A stretch of DNA of 64,000 nt, taken from an uncultured Spirochaetota bacterium (GTDB lineage Bacteria; Spirochaetota; Brevinematia; Brevinematales; JAOACQ01). The position numbers and the translations under genes were made by a program. The stretch lies in the NCBI GenBank assembly GCA_963835575.1, contig CAWIGG010000005.1, forward strand, positions 96,001 to 160,000. The letters run 5' to 3'. The notes beneath the pieces are model-generated. The model saw only the letters and a program-made list of their open reading frames with translations. It searched no databases and was not told where the DNA came from. Shown here in pieces: positions 59,167-64,000 of the stretch (the first letter of the stretch is position 1; each line of letters begins with the position of its first letter).

Positions 59167-61091
59167 ATTGAGTAGGAGGCGGGTTTACACCCGCCGACCT
59201 CTCACACCACCGTACGTACGGTTCCGTATACGGCGGTTCCAAAATATAATTTCTGATAAATACAAATCTTGTTCAGCATCGATACGAGTCCCATACTGTC
59301 GAATAATTTCTTAGGAAAGGCGATGTTCATATGTTTAGCGCCTGAGTTCCACCACGCACCCCTCTGGTTAAATGAGCATTGGACAGCTTGTTCTTCTTTG
59401 AGTCCAGCATTTATTAGCCGTTTTCTTCTTGTCCATGGCTTTTTCCATTGTCTCCAGAGTATGCAGCGCAGTTTCCTCCGAACCCATCCATCCAGTTCCT
59501 CCGCAAAATCTTTCATATTCGCAAGAATGAAATAGTTGATCCATCCGCGAATTTTCGGATTCAGTTCTTTCCGGATAAATTCTTTCAGGTTCTGGTTTCT
59601 ACCTTTCCGGAACGCTGTTTTCAGGTTTTCTTTTAATTTCTTCTTCGATTCGGCCGCGACTCTTATTCTGACTTTCCTCTCGAACGCGAATGAGTATCCG
59701 AGGAATTTTCTTTCCCACGGTCTTGCTACGGCACTTTTCTCACAATTTACTTTCAACTTGAGTTTCTTTTCGACGAACCTGGTGATTGAGTCCATAACTC
59801 TGATTCCGGCTTTTATACTTCGGACGTAAATATTGCAATCGTCAGCATACCGGCAGAATGAGTGGCCTCTCTTTTCCAGTTCCTTGTCAAGGTCGTCCAG
59901 AATAATGTTTGCCAGCAGCGGGGATAGATTTCCGCCCTGCGGTGTACCCTTTTCCCTTTTCGTGATTGACCCATCGGTCAACATTTCGGCTTTGAGATAT
60001 GCCGCAATCAGTTTCAGGACTTTCTTGTCCTTCACTTTGCGTTTTACTCTTGCCATCAGAATGTCGTGGTTTACTTCATCAAAGAATTTCGCCAAGTCCA
60101 TATCAACGACCCATCTTTTCCCTTCCCGCTGGTATTCCGCCGCTTTCGTAATCGCCTGCTGCGCACTTTTTCCAGGCCGGAAACCATAGCTTGATTCGGA
60201 AAATTCCGGTTCAAGGATTGGACTTAACACCTGATACAGTGCCTGCTGGATGACCCGATCCATCACCGTCGGAATCCCCAATTGTCGGACTCCGCCATTC
60301 GGTTTCGGAATTTGCACTCCTTTTACCGCTTTCGGTTTGTACCTTCCTTCCAGCAGTTCTTTTCTGGTTCTCTGCCAGTGTTCGTTGATGAAGCCTTTTA
60401 GCTGTTTTACAGTGACTCCGTCAACTCCCGCCGCCCCCTTATTGCTTACCACCCTGTGATAAGCTTCCAGCATGTTCTCGCGTTTGACCAGACGCTCTAT
60501 TAAATTTGTTTCATCCGGTGTACTCCTTCTTTGACTCTCTGCACGGATACACGCGCTTTGGCTATTCTTCGGAATTCCGTCCCTATCCTTTGTCAAAGCC
60601 GGAAAGTTTCCTTCCGCTTCTGCGTAAGTTACCGTGTCAGGATTCATAGCGGTACTCCTATAGTTTGGTTCTGCCCTTCGCCTCCGGTCAAGAGGTTACT
60701 ATGGCTTCTGCTGACTTCTGAAAACCCCTCTTATCACCTTTCGATGACAATAGCCAATATGTGGCAGGCTGTCAGACCTCCCCGGGTAATGCGCTCGTTC
60801 CTTCACACTTATGTCTGCCGCATCTACGCCATTGCTTTCTGTGTAAGTATCGGGCTTTAACGATAATTGCCGTCTCACCCAGCAGTGCCGCCTCTATGCG
60901 GTTTCTGTTCGTCAGACCAGTGCTTTGCCTGCAGCTTCCTTCAGATTCCGCCTCACGGCGGACACCCTTGCCGTCTGTCCCTCACCAGTTTGTCCGGCTG
61001 CCCGGAGAAGTTCACAAACTGGTGAGGGATTCCCCTTACCGGGTGCATACGGGACTTTCACCCGCAAGAACGTGCGCCCTGCCGGGCGCAC
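59167..61091 (-). mobile_element. Group II intron, class IIC, full length (1925 nt)
   Basis: 5' end GTGCGCCCGGC at 61091; domain V ACCGCCGTATACGGAACCGTACGTACGGTGGT; domain VI and 3' end CCTCCTACTCAAT at 59167; inserted just after a terminator stem-loop. Confidence 0.95.
59202..60647 (-). CDS. ltrA: Group II intron reverse transcriptase/maturase (no endonuclease domain)
   Basis: NKGAAGVDG, IPKPNGGVRQLGIPTVMDR, SYGFRPG, GTPQGGNLSPLLANI, RYADD, FLGY; ORF ends in domain V. Confidence 0.97.
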   Translation of the reverse strand: MNPDTVTYAEAEGNFPALTKDRDGIPKNSQSACIRAESQRRSTPDETNLIERLVKRENMLEAYHRVVSNKGAAGVDGVTVKQLKGFINEHWQRTRKELLEGRYKPKAVKGVQIPKPNGGVRQLGIPTVMDRVIQQALYQVLSPILEPEFSESSYGFRPGKSAQQAITKAAEYQREGKRWVVDMDLAKFFDEVNHDILMARVKRKVKDKKVLKLIAAYLKAEMLTDGSITKREKGTPQGGNLSPLLANIILDDLDKELEKRGHSFCRYADDCNIYVRSIKAGIRVMDSITRFVEKKLKLKVNCEKSAVARPWERKFLGYSFAFERKVRIRVAAESKKKLKENLKTAFRKGRNQNLKEFIRKELNPKIRGWINYFILANMKDFAEELDGWVRRKLRCILWRQWKKPWTRRKRLINAGLKEEQAVQCSFNQRGAWWNSGAKHMNIAFPKKLFDSMGLVSMLNKICIYQKLYFGTAVYGTVRTVV

Positions 61092-61096
61092 AATAA

Positions 61097-61127
61097 AAAA
61101 ATCCGGCGGTAAAACCGCCGGATTTTT
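61097..61127 (-). terminator. Rho-independent terminator serving as the IIC intron target
   Basis: AAAAATCCGGCGGT-AAA-ACCGCCGGATTTTT, 5 nt from the intron 5' end. Confidence 0.9.
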
Positions 61128-61146
61128 AGTAAAAATGTATCTAATC

Positions 61147-61794
61147 TCATTTTTTGGATGTCTGCATATCATCCTTATGGCTCCGGCTTCCGCCTCCATA
61201 AATCTCTCTCTTTTCGAATGGTTTAATGGAAGATCCTAGAGCCGCATACCCGTTTACGAATTGATCTGTAGTAATACCGCTGTAAAAGCTGTTCAGCATA
61301 CCTATGCTGTTTTGAAAATTATCATCAGCCGCATTCACTCCCCACCAGTAGTAAGGTGACTGAGTTGTTCTTAACACTTTAAGCTTAAAATCGCCGAAAT
61401 AGAATACCCGGTTTGCCTCCACCTTAAAGTCCTTATTCACCGGGACTGAATTAATTACCGCTCCACCCAAGTTGAATATAATTTTTGTCAATGTGTATTC
61501 ACCCGGCTTTAAGTCAGTGAAAATGTAGCCCTTGTCGCCGCTCATGGGAATATATATTTCCTTTCCGCCGGCTTCTGACCTGGAGATAATATCAAGAGCC
61601 AGATATGCATCGTTTTCCGCAGTGATCGGCGTCCGGTCCGTATAAAGGAACGTACTGTAAATGTACGCCTGATCTTCTTTGAGTTTCCCGCCGGCATTAA
61701 GATCAGTCGACTTTACATTTTCCCTGTAGCTGTATCCGCAGCTTATCAGCAATAGAAGAACCGCCCAAAAAATCTGAAATTTTATGCTTTTCAT
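61147..61794 (-). CDS. Hypothetical lipoprotein
   Basis: Signal peptide with LLLISC lipobox; LKPGEY..., YFGDF beta-sandwich-like pattern; GGAGG RBS. Confidence 0.8.
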   Translation of the reverse strand: MKSIKFQIFWAVLLLLISCGYSYRENVKSTDLNAGGKLKEDQAYIYSTFLYTDRTPITAENDAYLALDIISRSEAGGKEIYIPMSGDKGYIFTDLKPGEYTLTKIIFNLGGAVINSVPVNKDFKVEANRVFYFGDFKLKVLRTTQSPYYWWGVNAADDNFQNSIGMLNSFYSGITTDQFVNGYAALGSSIKPFEKREIYGGGSRSHKDDMQTSKK

Positions 61795-62096
61795 AGATGC
61801 CTCCTTTTTAAATCTATAAGAACAAAGATTAATTAAATCAATCTTAATCTTATATTTTTAATATAAACAAAATCAAACCTTTTGTCAATAACATTATTCA
61901 AACATAACATTATTAAAACGAAATTCAAATATAACAATGCGGGAATTTTTGAAAAATAAAACTCTGTAAATTACAATAAATATGATTTGCAATATATTAT
62001 AATTGTAAAAGTTATATTTCATAGACCCCTTGCCAGGTTTTTTCATGCAGTATACGCAAGGCAATTTTATTCTGAATTGAATTAAGAGGAAATATT

Positions 62097-62558
62097 ATAC
62101 CGCGGATAAAACTCCAAAAACTCGATCATTACAGTTTTCTTTATGAAAGGGAGATCAGGGTCGGCGATATTAACTACGGCGGCCACCTTGGGAATGATTC
62201 CATTGTAACCATAACGCATGAGGCGCGCCTTGATATGCTGAAAAAAATGGGTTTTTCAGAACTCGACCTGGGCGACGGCAAAACCGGCATCATTATGGCG
62301 GACCTGGCGGTAAATTTCCTGAGCGAGGGATTTCTATTCGATAAGATTATTGTTGAAAGCGCGATCGGAGAAGTTGGAAATTCCGGCTTCTGTGTTTTTC
62401 ACCATTTCAGGCGGGATGACGAAAGCATCGCCCTGGCCGAGACGGGCATAGTCGCATTTAATTACGGAGAAAGGCATGTGGCAAGACTGCCGGAGGCTTT
62501 TGTAAAGGCTGTAGAAAAAAACCAGGGGTTTCCGCTAAGCCACGCGAATACACGCTAA
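62097..62558 (+). CDS. 4HBT/YbgC-type hotdog thioesterase with ATA at the start position
   Basis: The frame of ORF 62235-62558 extends upstream without stops: (I)PRIKLQKLDHYSF..EIRVGDINYGGHLGNDS...HEAR; GAGGA RBS 6 nt before ATA 62097. Confidence 0.82.
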   Translation: MPRIKLQKLDHYSFLYEREIRVGDINYGGHLGNDSIVTITHEARLDMLKKMGFSELDLGDGKTGIIMADLAVNFLSEGFLFDKIIVESAIGEVGNSGFCVFHHFRRDDESIALAETGIVAFNYGERHVARLPEAFVKAVEKNQGFPLSHANTR

Positions 62559-62965
62559 TGAGGCTGGGGAATTCGGGGATTAACCACGGAAAGGCACGGA
62601 AAACACGGAAGAGGATTGAATTAGGGCTTCGCCTGTAATACAAAAAGATTTAATTTTTAAAATCCTTTTTTATTTTATTGAAGCTTCATTATAATATCCG
62701 ATTTTTCACACGGATTAACACGGATTAGTGCGGATTTGAAGGATTTAGGTTAAATTGAAGCCGCCCGCATTGTTCACTCGGTGCCGGGAATGGAATAGGG
62801 CGTTTGGGTTTGTAGGTTATTAGGGCGGGCTGCGCCCGGTGGACAAAGAATTTCGTTTTATAAATTTTTATTGTTTTATTAAAGTTGGTTATTAGAGCCT
62901 AATTAATCAGGATGGTTCGGCAGGCTCACCACAGGTTTTCAGGATGAAACAGGATTGGCAGGATA
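62529..62965. repeat. Stack of periodic repeat arms
   Basis: CCGCTAAGCCACGCGAATACACGCTAA, CCACGGAAAGGCACGGAAAACACGGAA, CACGGATTAACACGGATT, CAGGAT x3-4. Confidence 0.72.
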
Positions 62966-63090
62966 TTGTATCATTGAAACAAATATTTGCATGGGCGGGG
63001 GTTAATGAAGTATAATTTTTAACAGGGAAGTTCATATATTTTGAGTTGTACATCATGCGGCCACACTTTAAGTTAAAAAAAGGAGTAAAA

Positions 63091-63845
63091 ATGTTAATTG
63101 ATAATTGGCTTAAAAACAATTCATCTACTGTTAATTGGAATTTTATTTATAATGATTGGCAAGATATGCAATTATATTACAATTGTTGGCGAGATTTACA
63201 AGTTCATACTATTATTCAATCCGTATTATCACTACCTTTTGATAAAATTAATGTCATTGATTTATGTTGTGGCCCAGGCACTCTATCAAAATCCTTGTTA
63301 GAAAAAGACAGTAGAATTAATATTATTGCCATTGATGCGAATAAATTTTTATTGTCTGTTTATAAAAATATTTTGAAGAATTATAGCAACAGATTTGCAA
63401 TAATTGAATCAGATATAAGAAATCCTGATTTGTATGATAATATTCATGAAGAAATTCATGCAGTAATATCATTAACAGCTCTTCATTGGTTATCCGCAGA
63501 AAATCATAAAAGTTATATGAAAACATTTATAAGCTGCTTGTTAATAAAGGAATATTTTTAAATGGTGATCCTATTAATTTAGAATCTCAGTATTTTAAGA
63601 ATGTTGATTATAAAATAAGTACAGATAAAAATATTGATTGGAACACTTTTTGGAATAACATTTATAATACATATAATCTAAAAAATGAAATTGAAGAAAT
63701 GAATAATCTTCTATCAATTTTTGAAGGATCTGAAGATGGATATTCAAGAGATTTCTATCTTAACTCATTAAAAGAAGCTGGATTTAATGGTTATGAAATT
63801 TTGTTCCTATCCGGGAAAAGATGTGTATATGGCGGCATTAAATGA
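63091..63845 (+). pseudogene. Class I SAM-dependent methyltransferase with 1-nt frameshift near 63508-63511
   Basis: IDLCCGPG motif I, ALHWL; the other frame continues LYENIYKLL..KGIFLNGD...LKEAGF...GGIK*; AGGAG RBS before ATG 63091. Confidence 0.85.
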
Positions 63846-63846
63846 A

Positions 63847-64000
63847 TGTGGCCGCACAGCGTGCAACTCGGCGTTTGCGCTCTGCTCCTCGGCCTACGAC
63901 CTGTGCGATCGGGTTCGCCCGGCGGTCAGCAGGCCGCAGAAGAAGAACGCCGGGCTCACCAAACCCGCTCGGCAAGAGCGAAGCTCTAAGCCTCGCGGGC
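63847..64000 (+). other. Putative attC-like recombination site (truncated by the window end)
   Basis: GC-rich sequence right after an AT-rich gene; 63847-63869 is the inverse complement (18/23) of 63043-63065, with GTTGTAC/GTGCAAC cores. Confidence 0.5.

Noticed and set aside
59202..60647. RT as a retron, DGR or defence-associated RT
   Set aside because: YADD motif, maturase region, GTGCG 5' end, domains V/VI and terminator target identify a group IIC intron; no TR/VR pair was seen.
60531..61239. Short ORFs 60531-60860, 60761-61096, 60912-61199, 60925-61239
   Set aside because: They lie within the structured intron RNA and terminator.

Overview
Bacterial chromosomal window, most likely from a free-living spirochaete (inferred from the FliS/FapA locus, a DUF4398-LysM lipoprotein of LipL71/LruA type and the repeat content; taxonomy is not proven). 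Housekeeping genes (argG, glgA, recF, queC, ribE, fliS) are mixed with many signalling genes (HD-GYP, EAL, PAS kinases) and a dense mobilome. The mobilome comprises a window-truncated IS256, an IS1182 that splits an SDR gene (3-bp TSD), two MITEs with TSDs, a complete class IIC group II intron inserted after a terminator, a probable integron-type gene cassette at the right edge, and several nested families of small palindromic repeats. Best candidates for undescribed biology: (1) an AT-rich three-gene operon, HEPN-like protein + KGGVGR-type ParA/MinD ATPase + large P-loop ATPase (28008-31253), bracketed by arms of a dispersed repeat and probably a conflict/anti-phage system; (2) a possible glucuronate-salvage route (beta-glucuronidase, GNPSD-type GHMP kinase, nucleotidyltransferase) that this operon interrupts; (3) a ~55-70 nt CCCTCACC...GGTGAGGG hairpin family, one copy of which sits in domain I of the group II intron; (4) a translationally coupled queC-DUF366 pair. 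Three single-base homopolymer frameshifts may be sequencing errors. No rRNA, tRNA or CRISPR array was recognised.
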